DNA from: Candidatus Zixiibacteriota bacterium
GTDB lineage: Bacteria > Zixibacteria > MSB-5A5 > GN15 > JAAZOE01
Assembly: GCA_043819555.1 (NCBI GenBank)
Contig: JBDREQ010000076.1
Span: forward strand, 32,001 to 96,000
Length of the DNA: 64,000 bases
Reading direction: 5' to 3'
A program made the translations under genes and the position numbers. Shown piece by piece: positions 11,123-20,940 of the stretch (its first letter is position 1; each line of letters opens with the position of its first letter). The notes beneath the pieces were generated by a model. It was not told the DNA's origin, did no database searches, and saw only the letters and a list, made by a program, of their open reading frames with translations.

Positions 11123-12300
11123 TAGTTTGCGGTCGTTTCAAAGAGGTTATACATTTTATCGACCAAAACAGGCGTCGCGAATTTATCCCGCGCTGTATGA
11201 TATGCGCCATCTCCAAGCCGATTTCGCAGTTGTTTATCGGTAATAATTGATTTCATACATTCAGCCAATGCCATATAATCGCCGATTTCAATTAGTAATC
11301 CATTTTTATCATGCTCGATAAAATCGACAATCCCACCCGAATTTGCTCCGATTGTCGGCCGCCCCGTGAGTCCGGCTTCAACAAGAACTAATCCAAATCC
11401 TTCATTTTCGGAAACGAGCAACACCGCGTCACATGCCTGATATAGTTTTGCCAGTTTCTGTTGAGCCACCAGGGGACCTAATTTGATTTTATCTTCAAGA
11501 TTATTTTCGGCTATTAAACTCTTCAATTTTTCTTCCAGAGGCCCTTCGCCAACCATGATAATCCTGAATTCGAACCCAGCATTATTAAGTACTTCAGCGG
11601 CTTCGATAATACTATCCAAATGCTTTTGTTTTGTATAGCGTGCAACGGACAAAAAGACCGGTGCGCCTTCGTCATTAAATGGTTTTCTGGGAAATGTCTC
11701 CATTCCGACCGGCATCGGAATTACTTCAACTATATCTTTAGATAAAACGGACAAGTTATTAATTAATATATCGTTAAGAAAGCTCGACACAACTGTTGCC
11801 CGCTGTGTTCGTCGATAGACATATTTCGATAATCTTTGAATAATTCCGGGCTTACCAAGCAGTGCAATATCCGTCCCATGAGATGATATAATCAGGGGAA
11901 GATTTAACTTTGCAGCAATCTTCGAGGCTGCCAATCCCGGAGGAATCCACCAATTGGCCCAGATTAAATCGGGTTTTTCTTCGCGGCAAACCCGCAATCC
12001 AAAACGATATATCGAATATAAAAAGCCTATAAACACCATTTTGGCAAATAACGACCGGGATACAATTTCATGCATATTCCCGGCGTATACTATTGGCTTT
12101 TTATTTGAAAATGGATAACCGAACCTCTTAATGCGCACGCCATCTATTACATCTTCTTTGAGAAGCCCTTCGGCGTGAGGGCAAACTATCGTGAGCTCTA
12201 TTCCTTTTGAGACTAATCCTGATGATAATCGGTGGAGATACAGGGCGGTCAAATCCCCCTGGCGACGGATATAATTATGGGTAATGACAACGACTTTCAA
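11107..12300 (-). CDS. Glycosyltransferase family 4
   Basis: HGTD, KQK, EGFGLVLVEA (ExxxxxxxE), GGIVDFI. Confidence 0.92.
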   Translation of the reverse strand: MKVVVITHNYIRRQGDLTALYLHRLSSGLVSKGIELTIVCPHAEGLLKEDVIDGVRIKRFGYPFSNKKPIVYAGNMHEIVSRSLFAKMVFIGFLYSIYRFGLRVCREEKPDLIWANWWIPPGLAASKIAAKLNLPLIISSHGTDIALLGKPGIIQRLSKYVYRRTQRATVVSSFLNDILINNLSVLSKDIVEVIPMPVGMETFPRKPFNDEGAPVFLSVARYTKQKHLDSIIEAAEVLNNAGFEFRIIMVGEGPLEEKLKSLIAENNLEDKIKLGPLVAQQKLAKLYQACDAVLLVSENEGFGLVLVEAGLTGRPTIGANSGGIVDFIEHDKNGLLIEIGDYMALAECMKSIITDKQLRNRLGDGAYHTARDKFATPVLVDKMYNLFETTANYWKRK

Positions 12301-13277
12301 TGGCCGTTATTATCCTTATTGTTATTCTTGAATTGATTTTCCAGGCGTCGCACCGACTGCCTGACTCCCGACAATTCTTCTTTAATGGCTGTCAATCCCT
12401 CAGCCAAAAATCCGAGAATAAATGATAACGCTCCCAGTACCATAAGTAATATAACGAGATATAATAAAGGCCTGAATCCGATATCATGGAAAAATCTCAG
12501 ATAGATGGCGCTTAAACCGGCAAAAAGGCCCAAACCGATTAGCAAACCCCCAATAATTCCAAAAAACAGCAGGGGTTTTCTGAGCAGGGTCAGTTGCGAT
12601 TTAACGGCCAGCATATCAAGAATCCCGATCGGTATCCGTCCCAAACCGGAAAATTTGGATGATCCGCTGTACCGGTCATAGAGAGGTATTTTTACTTCAT
12701 CGACGCGATATCCTCGTTCAACGGCAAGAGCGACCAGATACCGATGCCAGTCTTTGCGCAGGAAAATATCTTCGACAATATTCCGACGAAAAGCTTTAAC
12801 CGAATTCAAATCATGCACTTTTAAGCCGAATAGTTTTCTCGACAGACCATTATAAACCCGTGATACAAGCCGCTTAGAGTATTTTCCCTGTTTCCACCCT
12901 GTTACCAGATCGTTGCCTTCGTTAATTTTTTCAATCATAGCGGGAATATTTTCAGGTTTATATTGCAGGTCCGCAGGATAAAAAACAAAAATATCTCCTC
13001 GGGCCATTGAAAATCCTGTCTGCAAAGCCTGAGTTAATCCACGATTGTTGCCATGAGAAGCGGTACGGAGAAACGAATGAGTTTTTGACATTTGACCCAA
13101 TATCTGAGGCGTTGTATCGGTTGAGCCGTCGTCAATAATAATCACTTCAAACGAAAATCGCGCCTCCCGGCCCATCTGTTCAAACTGACGGCACAATTCC
13201 TCGATATTGCCTTCTTCATTGAAAGCCGGAATTATGATAGACACATATGGAGTTTTTGGCGAAGTCGTCATTTCCAT
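12297..13277 (-). CDS. Glycosyltransferase family 2, ArnC/GtrB-like with C-terminal TMs
   Basis: IPAFNEEGNI, IDDGSTD, ADLQY, HRYL, two C-terminal TM helices. Confidence 0.88.
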   Translation of the reverse strand: MEMTTSPKTPYVSIIIPAFNEEGNIEELCRQFEQMGREARFSFEVIIIDDGSTDTTPQILGQMSKTHSFLRTASHGNNRGLTQALQTGFSMARGDIFVFYPADLQYKPENIPAMIEKINEGNDLVTGWKQGKYSKRLVSRVYNGLSRKLFGLKVHDLNSVKAFRRNIVEDIFLRKDWHRYLVALAVERGYRVDEVKIPLYDRYSGSSKFSGLGRIPIGILDMLAVKSQLTLLRKPLLFFGIIGGLLIGLGLFAGLSAIYLRFFHDIGFRPLLYLVILLMVLGALSFILGFLAEGLTAIKEELSGVRQSVRRLENQFKNNNKDNNGH

Positions 13278-13673
13278 ATCCTATTGCCCAAAGCTATCCT
13301 TATAGAATCTTTCGTCAAATTAAGCTGAAGCTGTAATTAATATTAGCAAATCCTTTCGTGACCCGAAAAACCGGTTAGATAAATGAAAAATCCAAATTAC
13401 TCGCCGGCAATATATATTCTTCCTAATAATGTGTGAATATAAAAAACCAAGCCAGAAATATCCACTCTCAAATCATACAAATATTTGTCGCCAGTTCATT
13501 TAACTTGGGATAAACATTATACAAAATAACGGCCAAATCTATTAATAAGAACAATATATTGATATCTCTGCTCAATCGGACTGGGAAAAGGCGGGATTTT
13601 GGATGGCCGGAAAAATCAATACACACTGATAAAAAAGGGCAAGTTATATCAAAACCATTAAATGTTAAGGCTG

Positions 13674-14408
13674 TTAATCAAATGAAGCAATAATTCCATT
13701 TTTATAAACCGGAACAACTTCCAGACAATTTAGCTTTATCGCCAACTCTACATCTTTATTATATCCCCATTCACTCAATTCCAATCCGCTTTTGCATTTG
13801 GAAACTTCGTTCTCAAGATTATCCTTATGTTTAATAAAATAGTTTTCACAAAGTGCGGCTTCATTAGTCTTTTCACATGGCAACTGAGATATGATCGCAC
13901 CAGCACCCAGATAATCTTCATCGGCCTTTCTGAGTTCACCTTCAAAGCTTTCATATTCCCGTTCTCCGCACGCAATCACCGTAACCGATTTTCCGGACGA
14001 TTTCATAATTTCCATTGCATATACGCAGACAGCCTTGGCGTTTATAAATCCTCCAATAATTATTTCGAACGCCCCATTTGAATTCAGGCAACATCTGGCC
14101 CCGTTGGGAGAAACCAGAACGACTTTTTCGCCTGCTTTGATATCCAGAAAGGTCGCGGGTGAGAGGGAATATTTCCCTTTGGACGGCACTTCCGAACGCG
14201 AGACAGAAATTATCGCCTTTTCACGGAAAGCTATTTCTTCCGCCATATTCGGATGATAGTACGGAATTATTATCGCACTATTGCTAACGGCATAGGCAAC
14301 CGTTGTCGAAAAACTCAGGACATCGACAATTATTACTATATCTCCCTGGTCAGCCGCCTTTAATGCTCCTTTCGGGAACCAATCAAAATGACATTTAGTA
14401 TTAGACAT
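13674..14408 (-). CDS. comB: 2-phosphosulfolactate phosphatase family protein
   Basis: IVDVLSFSTT, LSP, SPNG, ACGER, EDYLGAGAII; start moved to ATG 14408 because the longer ORF overlaps a terminator. Confidence 0.85.
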   Translation of the reverse strand: MSNTKCHFDWFPKGALKAADQGDIVIIVDVLSFSTTVAYAVSNSAIIIPYYHPNMAEEIAFREKAIISVSRSEVPSKGKYSLSPATFLDIKAGEKVVLVSPNGARCCLNSNGAFEIIIGGFINAKAVCVYAMEIMKSSGKSVTVIACGEREYESFEGELRKADEDYLGAGAIISQLPCEKTNEAALCENYFIKHKDNLENEVSKCKSGLELSEWGYNKDVELAIKLNCLEVVPVYKNGIIASFD

Positions 14409-14417
14409 ATTCAAAAT

Positions 14418-14450
14418 AAAAAGGCCGGATTTCAAAATTTATATCCGGCC
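14418..14450 (-). terminator. Intrinsic terminator at end of the pyr operon
   Basis: GGCCGGAT...ATCCGGCC stem followed by U-tract on minus strand. Confidence 0.7.
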
Positions 14451-14469
14451 ATAATTATAAAATCAAAAA

Positions 14470-14892
14470 CTAATTCTTCGATGATAAAATTCTATTTTCC
14501 CATTTTCGGGTTGCCATATATTGCAAAATATGTAAAACAAGAAAAATAATCACAAACACCGAATTTATCACAATCATCACGCTATTGGACAAAGATATAA
14601 AAGCGCTGAATATCATCCCGATAATCCAGGCGCCGATTCCGGCCAGAGCTGGCTGATATACTTTACTTTTATTTTTGAGATAACCATAGATGGCCCCAAA
14701 AATAAGAGATATATAATATGCCAAAAGCGTTGGAATCAAAAGCACATCGGGGGCAGATTCCAGCCAGCCGACTCCCAATACTTTGCCCATAAATCCAAAG
14801 ATTATCATAATCCCCAAAAGAGGTATGGGCGCATATGTCATAAACGCCAGAAATCTAAAAGGTCTTGTTTTATCCATAATTCTATTTTCCAA
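14470..14892 (-). CDS. Hypothetical membrane protein (about 4 TM)
   Basis: Hydrophobic ORF tightly following pyrC; start may be ATG 14877. Confidence 0.7.
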   Translation of the reverse strand: MENRIMDKTRPFRFLAFMTYAPIPLLGIMIIFGFMGKVLGVGWLESAPDVLLIPTLLAYYISLIFGAIYGYLKNKSKVYQPALAGIGAWIIGMIFSAFISLSNSVMIVINSVFVIIFLVLHILQYMATRKWENRILSSKN

Positions 14893-14896
14893 TACG

Positions 14897-16204
14897 TTAT
14901 TCAGCTTTAAGGGTTACGCGTCCATTCATTATAGTAGCAAGCACTTTTCCTTTGAGTTTTCTCCCGACAAAAGGTGAATTCTTGCATTTTGATTTGAACT
15001 TATTCTCTTTTACAACCCAAGCCGCATCTGGATTAAATATTAAAAGATCGGCTATTTCGCCTTCTCTGAGTCTATTAGTTGTAAGCCCCATAATCTGAGT
15101 TGGATTAACGCTCATTTTGGCCAGCATATCGGATAGAGACAAATAACCTTTGCCTACCAATTGCGTAATCGCTAATCCCAGCGATGTCTCCAAACCGATT
15201 ATTCCGGGAGGCGCCTGATCAAAAACAGTATCTTTCTCCTCATCAGTATGAGGCGCATGATCGGTCGCGATACAATCAATAGTGCCGTCAATCAGACCCT
15301 CGATGATTGACTGCCTGTCTGCTTCTGTTCTTATGGGAGGACTTACGCGTAAATTGGTATCAAACCGTTCAGCAATCATATCATCGGTCAGAGTGAAATG
15401 GTGCGGCGTCGCTTCCGCGGTTACTTTGACGCCCTCCGCCTTACCCCTGCGAATTGCCTCAACTCCACCCGAAGTTGAAACGTGGGCAATATGCAGCCTG
15501 CTGCCAGTTAACCCGGCCAGCTTAATATCGCGGATGATAGCGATCTCTTCGGCAACGGCGGGGGTTCCGGGCATGCCGAGTCTGGTTGATTGAAACGATT
15601 CATTCATAACGCCGCCGGCGGCGAGGAACTCATCCTCGGCATGTGAGATGACCGGTATATCAAACATCCGGGCATATTCAAGAGCCCGTCTCATCATATC
15701 CGGGTTTTGGACATAATTGCCATCATCGGAAATCGCCACAATCCCCGCCTTTACCAGATCTCCGATTTCAGAAAGTTCTTTGCCTTCGCGGTTTTTTGTT
15801 ATGGCTCCAATGCAGTGCACACGGCAATCGGCATTCTCGGCCAACGAAGTAACGAATTTAACTGTTTCCTGATTATCAATCGCGGGCTGTGTATTGGGCA
15901 TACAGCAAATCGAAGTAAATCCGCCTGCCGCCGCAGCCTGGCATCCGGAGACAATCGTTTCTTCATCTTCCCGCCCAGGCTCGCGAAGATGAACATGGAT
16001 ATCAACCAGCCCGGGAGTCACTACGGCGCCTTTAGCGTCGAGAATTGATTCTTCCGGGAAAGTCGATATTACTTTCTTCGTTAATTTCCCCGGCTCATAT
16101 ATTTTCTCGATTTTTCCATTTTTGATGCCGATATCGCCTTTTTTTGAAAATCCAAAGGCGGGGTCAATCAGTTTTCCATTTATTATTAACAGGTCAAATT
16201 TCAT
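14897..16204 (-). CDS. pyrC: Dihydroorotase
   Basis: PGLVDIHVHLREPG, AAGGFT, MPNT, IATDHAPH. Confidence 0.97.
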   Translation of the reverse strand: MKFDLLIINGKLIDPAFGFSKKGDIGIKNGKIEKIYEPGKLTKKVISTFPEESILDAKGAVVTPGLVDIHVHLREPGREDEETIVSGCQAAAAGGFTSICCMPNTQPAIDNQETVKFVTSLAENADCRVHCIGAITKNREGKELSEIGDLVKAGIVAISDDGNYVQNPDMMRRALEYARMFDIPVISHAEDEFLAAGGVMNESFQSTRLGMPGTPAVAEEIAIIRDIKLAGLTGSRLHIAHVSTSGGVEAIRRGKAEGVKVTAEATPHHFTLTDDMIAERFDTNLRVSPPIRTEADRQSIIEGLIDGTIDCIATDHAPHTDEEKDTVFDQAPPGIIGLETSLGLAITQLVGKGYLSLSDMLAKMSVNPTQIMGLTTNRLREGEIADLLIFNPDAAWVVKENKFKSKCKNSPFVGRKLKGKVLATIMNGRVTLKAE

Positions 16205-16217
16205 CTTTTACCCTTTT

Positions 16218-17165
16218 CTATTCAGAATCTCCCGTGGATTCTCGTTCGTCCACGCCGGATAATAAATACAATACCGCCATTCGCACCGCTTGTCCATTGG
16301 TTACTTGTTCCAGTATAACCGAGGCAGGACAATCGGCAACTTCGTTCGTAATCTCAACGCCTCGATTCATCGGGCCAGGGTGCATAATCGTGAAATTTTT
16401 ATTCAGGCGTTTCAACCTCTCGCTTGAAATGCCAAAAAGATTAGTGTATTCGCGTTGGGATGGAAATAATCCGGCCTTTTGCCGTTCCAGTTGAATGCGG
16501 AGGATATTAACAACGTCCACGCCCTCCAACGCTTCATCGATATCGGTATAAATGTCAACCCCGAATCGCTCAGCTTCGTACGGCAATAGCGTCGTCGGTC
16601 CGCAGATCGCCACCGATGCTCCCAGTGTTTTTAGCCCCCAAATATTCGACCGAGCTACCCGAGAATGCTTGATATCCCCGACCAAAAGGACTCGCAGTCC
16701 CTTGATTTTTTTATATTTCTGGCGAATTGTGAAAATATCGAGCAATCCCTGGGTCGGATGTTCGTGCGTGCCGTCTCCGGCATTTATAATATTGGCGTCA
16801 AGGCATTGCGTCAAATAATATGGCACTCCCGGCGAGCTGTGCCGCGCAACGACCATATCAATTTTCATCGCTTCGATATTCCTGACGGTATCCTTTAGAG
16901 ACTCCCCCTTTTTAACCGATGAAGTCGATGCCGAAAAACTTATCGTGTCAGCCGAGAGTCGTTTTTCGGCCAGATCAAATGAAATTCTCGTTCTTGTCGA
17001 TGGTTCATAAAACAAATTGACGACCGTTTTCCCTCTAAGCGGCGGAACTTTTTTAATCGGTCTGTCAAGAATTTCACGAAAACTAACGGCAGAATCAAGG
17101 ATTAACTCCAGATCACTTTTGGGAACACCCTCAAGCTGCAGTAAATGCCGCGATGATAGCCTCAT
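16218..17165 (-). CDS. pyrB: Aspartate carbamoyltransferase catalytic subunit
   Basis: FYEPSTRTRISF, NAGDGTHEHPTQ, HSRVARS, MHPGPMNRG. Confidence 0.98.
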   Translation of the reverse strand: MRLSSRHLLQLEGVPKSDLELILDSAVSFREILDRPIKKVPPLRGKTVVNLFYEPSTRTRISFDLAEKRLSADTISFSASTSSVKKGESLKDTVRNIEAMKIDMVVARHSSPGVPYYLTQCLDANIINAGDGTHEHPTQGLLDIFTIRQKYKKIKGLRVLLVGDIKHSRVARSNIWGLKTLGASVAICGPTTLLPYEAERFGVDIYTDIDEALEGVDVVNILRIQLERQKAGLFPSQREYTNLFGISSERLKRLNKNFTIMHPGPMNRGVEITNEVADCPASVILEQVTNGQAVRMAVLYLLSGVDERESTGDSE

Positions 17166-17743
17166 TCCCCATCCCCCCCTTCAGATTCCAATTGTTTATC
17201 ACCAGTCGGATATAAAACGACTTCATCCACATCATCGCTATCCTGAAAATATACTCTTACATTATCATCAAAATTAGTGGGAATATTCTTCCCCACATAA
17301 TCGGCGCGTATAGGTAATTGGCGGTGAGCCCGGTCAACCAAAACCGCTAACTGGATTGTCATTGCGCGGCCAAATTCTACCAATTGCGACATTGCCGCCC
17401 GAATTGTCCGGCCTGTAAACAAGACATCATCAACCAGAATTAGATTTTTATCAGTGATATCAAAGAGCATTTCGGTCGTGCGCACAATAGGCTGATCCGG
17501 ATTGGAATTGACATCATCCCGATACAAGTTGATATCCATTAATCCAACCGGGATATCCACTCCTTCAATATCTTTAATAATGGCCGCCAATCGTTTGGCC
17601 AGGATCGCTCCTCGCGTCAGGATACCGACCATGACCAACGATTCCGCTCCCGAATTCCTCTCCAGGATTTCATGCGCAATGCGAGTAATCGCCCGCGACA
17701 TTTTGCTTTTGTCCAGGATTACTCTCTTTTTCTTGTTTTTCAA
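17162..17743 (-). CDS. pyrR: Bifunctional pyr attenuation regulator / UPRTase PyrR
   Basis: RIAHEILERN, LYRDD, LVDDVLFTGRTIRAA, LPIRADYVGKN; TTG start with GAGG RBS. Confidence 0.97.
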   Translation of the reverse strand: MKNKKKRVILDKSKMSRAITRIAHEILERNSGAESLVMVGILTRGAILAKRLAAIIKDIEGVDIPVGLMDINLYRDDVNSNPDQPIVRTTEMLFDITDKNLILVDDVLFTGRTIRAAMSQLVEFGRAMTIQLAVLVDRAHRQLPIRADYVGKNIPTNFDDNVRVYFQDSDDVDEVVLYPTGDKQLESEGGDGE

Positions 17744-17754
17744 GGATACCTCTC

Positions 17755-17785
17755 AAAAAATATCGGGATGTATTCTCTCCCGATC
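17755..17785 (-). terminator. Attenuator terminator upstream of pyrR
   Basis: ATCGGGA...TCCCGAT stem plus U-tract directly before the pyrR RBS. Confidence 0.8.
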
Positions 17786-17819
17786 GTTTATATAAGATTA
17801 TGATTTTCAAATTCAATGT

Positions 17820-17851
17820 CCTTTATGGCCTCGCCGGACCGGTTTAAAAGG
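17820..17851 (-). promoter_or_regulatory. PyrR-binding RNA site
   Basis: Minus strand CCUUUUAAACC-GGUCCGGCGAGGCC-AUAAAG resembles the CUUUAA...RUCCnGnGAGGY consensus; lies in the pyrR leader. Confidence 0.85.
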
Positions 17852-17883
17852 TTGCATCTAAATAATTCAGCAAATTCTGACTG

Positions 17884-19422
17884 TCAAGCAATAAATTGAT
17901 CAAGATCAAAAATAGTCGTCGCATCTGAAGTTAATACGCGGTCGCAGTTATTTACCTGATAAGCAATCACTTCAGGCGGTGAAAGCAATTCTCTATATTT
18001 TGATGATTTGAAAAACTCCAGCGTATCTCCGCAATATTCAATCTTCCCGTTTTGCAGAAATGCCATCCTGTCGGCTAATTCCCCAAGCACATCTCCATTA
18101 TGTGAGATAATTAAGATAGCCTTATCATCCGATTTGAGCCTTCTAACCATCCTCGAAAAATGTCGTATTCCGTTTTCGTCCAAACCGCAAGTCGGTTCAT
18201 CGAATATTATCATTTCATATTCCAGAGCAAGGACAATGGCAAAAGCCAGGCGTCTGGCCTCACCGCCGGAGAGAGTATGCGGATCCCTGCTAACGAATAA
18301 CTCCGGAGTAAGACCGGCTAATTTCAGACTATCTTTCACTCGCTTATCCAATAAAGAACTACTTTCAATGTTGTTTTTAATACCATATGCGACTTCATTA
18401 TACACCGTATCAAGAAAAAACTGCCGTTCCGGTTGCTGAAAACTCATTACCGCCCGGCCGTGACCTGTCTGGAATCTTATCCGCCCTTTATCCGGTTTGT
18501 ATATTCCGCATAATATCTGAGCAAGAGTAGATTTGCCGGAACCTGATTCCCCGGCCAGACCGATAACTTCACCGCGATTAATGGTAAGAGTCAAATCATT
18601 TAATACTCCCGTATTCTGTGAACCGTAGGAAAACGATATTTTTTCGATGTTTGTACTCAGTGTTTTTCTATCTGAATTCAGGTATGTCTTTCTATTATCC
18701 AATGGAATCAGGTATTTAAGAGGCGGTCTTAATCCGGCGCGCCGCAACGCATCCAAATCTGAAAACACTTTATCGGGACAATCATCTTTTACGACCTGCC
18801 CGCGATCAATTATTAAGACTCTTGAATATTTTTCAGCGACTGATGGATATTGGGTAACTCGAATAATCGTAATTCCGCCATTTTTGCCGCACATCTCTTC
18901 CAAAACGGTATCCAGCTTTTGGGCGCTGTTAAAATCAAGATATGATGACGGTTCATCGAGAAATAGAATTTTGGGAGCGGCGGCAAATACTCCGGCCAAT
19001 GACAATCTTTGCTTTTCTCCACCAGATAGATTCCAGACCAGGCGATCACGAAATATCTCAAGGCCAAAATCCATGAGAGTCTGATTTACGATTCTTTCAA
19101 TCTTCGGCTGAGGATAATTTAAATTTTCGGGAGTAAAGGCGATCTCTCTCTCAACTGTTGTGGCCACGAGCGCGTTATCGGGGTCCTGAAACAGGAACCC
19201 AAATCCTGGAATGATTCCGCTCTCAACCTTATTTTTTATTGAAATCGTACCGGCTTGAGGCCTCAGAAGTCCGCACATTAGCATTCCCAGCGTAGTCTTT
19301 CCCGAACCGTTCCCCCCCATAATCGCGATTTGCTCACCGGAATTAATCGATAGATTTAATTTATTCAAGATTGCGCGAGAATCTTCGCCATATGAGAATG
19401 TAACGTTTTCAAACTTAATCAT
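17884..19422 (-). CDS. Fused double-domain ECF transporter ATPase (EcfA-EcfA')
   Basis: Two Walker A (GGNGSGKT, GESGSGKS), FQDPD / FQQPERQFF Q-loops, two LSGGE signatures. Confidence 0.88.
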   Translation of the reverse strand: MIKFENVTFSYGEDSRAILNKLNLSINSGEQIAIMGGNGSGKTTLGMLMCGLLRPQAGTISIKNKVESGIIPGFGFLFQDPDNALVATTVEREIAFTPENLNYPQPKIERIVNQTLMDFGLEIFRDRLVWNLSGGEKQRLSLAGVFAAAPKILFLDEPSSYLDFNSAQKLDTVLEEMCGKNGGITIIRVTQYPSVAEKYSRVLIIDRGQVVKDDCPDKVFSDLDALRRAGLRPPLKYLIPLDNRKTYLNSDRKTLSTNIEKISFSYGSQNTGVLNDLTLTINRGEVIGLAGESGSGKSTLAQILCGIYKPDKGRIRFQTGHGRAVMSFQQPERQFFLDTVYNEVAYGIKNNIESSSLLDKRVKDSLKLAGLTPELFVSRDPHTLSGGEARRLAFAIVLALEYEMIIFDEPTCGLDENGIRHFSRMVRRLKSDDKAILIISHNGDVLGELADRMAFLQNGKIEYCGDTLEFFKSSKYRELLSPPEVIAYQVNNCDRVLTSDATTIFDLDQFIA

Positions 19423-19428
19423 GACAAT

Positions 19429-19463
19429 AAAAAACCGACGCTGCCATTGGCAACATCGGTTTT
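19429..19463 (-). terminator. Intrinsic terminator after gcvPB
   Basis: AACCGATGTTGCCAATGGCAGCGTCGGTT stem with U6 on minus strand. Confidence 0.75.
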
Positions 19464-19481
19464 ATCCAATGGCGTTTATCT

Positions 19482-20930
19482 TCATTCAGGATAACAAATA
19501 TCCAGCGTTTTGGTCGCTTTAACTTCGTCAAGACGCCTGACCGGCGTATTATGCGGTGCCTCTCTTACAAGGTCCGGATCACTGTCAATTTCTTTGTCAA
19601 TTTGAAGCATCACGTCCGCAAAATAATCCAGCGTTTCTTTTGACTCCGTTTCGGTCGGTTCAATCATAATCGCCTCTGGAACAATAAGCGGAAAATAAAT
19701 CGTCGGCGCATGAAGCCCAAAATCAAGAAGACGCTTGGCGATATCGGCGGTTCGTATGCCCCGCTTTTTCTGCCTGTTTCCCGAGAGAACAAATTCGTGC
19801 TGGCAAATACCATTAAACGGTACTTCAAACGCGTCTTTCAGCCGTTCCTTAAGATAATTGGCATTGAGAACGGCATTTTCCGACACGCGTTTCACGCCGA
19901 GCGGGCCAAGATGCCTCAAATAAGTATAGGCGCGAACCATATTGGCGAAATTGCCGTAGAATGAATGCATTCTGCCAATGCTCTCCGGGCGATCATAATC
20001 AAGAAAATATTTCCCGTCTTTTTTGGTTATAATCGGTTTGGGCAAAAATGGAATCAACTCATCGGTCACAGCCAATGCCCCGGCACCGGGACCGCCTCCG
20101 CCGTGTGGAGTAGATAGCGTCTTATGCAAATTATAATGGACAATGTCAAAACCCATATCGGCTGGACGAGATTGGCCCATTAGCGCGTTGAGATTGGCGC
20201 CGTCCATATAAAGCATACCGCCGGCCGCATGAACAACTTTTGCTATTTTCTCAATTTCAGTCTCGAACAACCCCAGAGTATTAGGATTGGTAATCATTAT
20301 CCCGGCCGTTTCCTTATCCATAACCTCGGCAATATGCTCAGCCGAAATAATGCCTTTATCCGAAGAACTGAACTGGTTCACCTGATACCCGGATAATATT
20401 ACTGAGGCCGGATTAGTTCCATGAGCAGAATCGGGAATCAAAATTTTCTTCCGGACATCTCCCCGCTTTTTCATTGCCGCCCGTATCAGAAGCAATCCCA
20501 TTAATTCACAGTGAGCCCCGGCCACTGGTTGCAATGTTGCTTGCTTAAATCCGGTTATTGTCGCCAGCATCTCAGCAAGTTCATACATCAATCGCAAGGC
20601 TCCCTGACATTCCTCAATCGGCGCTAATGGATGTAATTTCGAGAAACCATGCAATCCGGCCATGGCATCATTGACTTTTGGGTTATATTTCATCGTGCAT
20701 GAACCCAACGGATAGAATCCCTTGTCGATATGATGATTGCGAGTGGACAATTCTATATAATGACGCACCAGTTCCGGCTCAGATATTTCAGGCAATCCCG
20801 AAGCGTCCTGACGACGGTATTTCTCCGGGATTAATCCGGTTACTTTATCCACACCCGATTTCAATTCCGGCAGGGAAAAACCCGACCTGCCTGATCGGGA
20901 TTTTTCATAAATTAAAATATCTTTGTTCAT
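19482..20930 (-). CDS. gcvPB: Glycine dehydrogenase (decarboxylating) subunit 2
   Basis: YPLGSCTMKYNP, SAHGTNPAS, YMDGANLNA, NLHKTLSTPHGGGGPG (PLP lysine). Confidence 0.97.
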   Translation of the reverse strand: MNKDILIYEKSRSGRSGFSLPELKSGVDKVTGLIPEKYRRQDASGLPEISEPELVRHYIELSTRNHHIDKGFYPLGSCTMKYNPKVNDAMAGLHGFSKLHPLAPIEECQGALRLMYELAEMLATITGFKQATLQPVAGAHCELMGLLLIRAAMKKRGDVRKKILIPDSAHGTNPASVILSGYQVNQFSSSDKGIISAEHIAEVMDKETAGIMITNPNTLGLFETEIEKIAKVVHAAGGMLYMDGANLNALMGQSRPADMGFDIVHYNLHKTLSTPHGGGGPGAGALAVTDELIPFLPKPIITKKDGKYFLDYDRPESIGRMHSFYGNFANMVRAYTYLRHLGPLGVKRVSENAVLNANYLKERLKDAFEVPFNGICQHEFVLSGNRQKKRGIRTADIAKRLLDFGLHAPTIYFPLIVPEAIMIEPTETESKETLDYFADVMLQIDKEIDSDPDLVREAPHNTPVRRLDEVKATKTLDICYPE

Positions 20931-20940
20931 ATTATTTTGA

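Noticed and set aside
13278..13673. 396-nt AT-rich intergenic region that might hold an sRNA or small ORF
   Set aside because: No convincing stem, repeat or RBS-led ORF found; most likely the promoter region of the glycosylation operon
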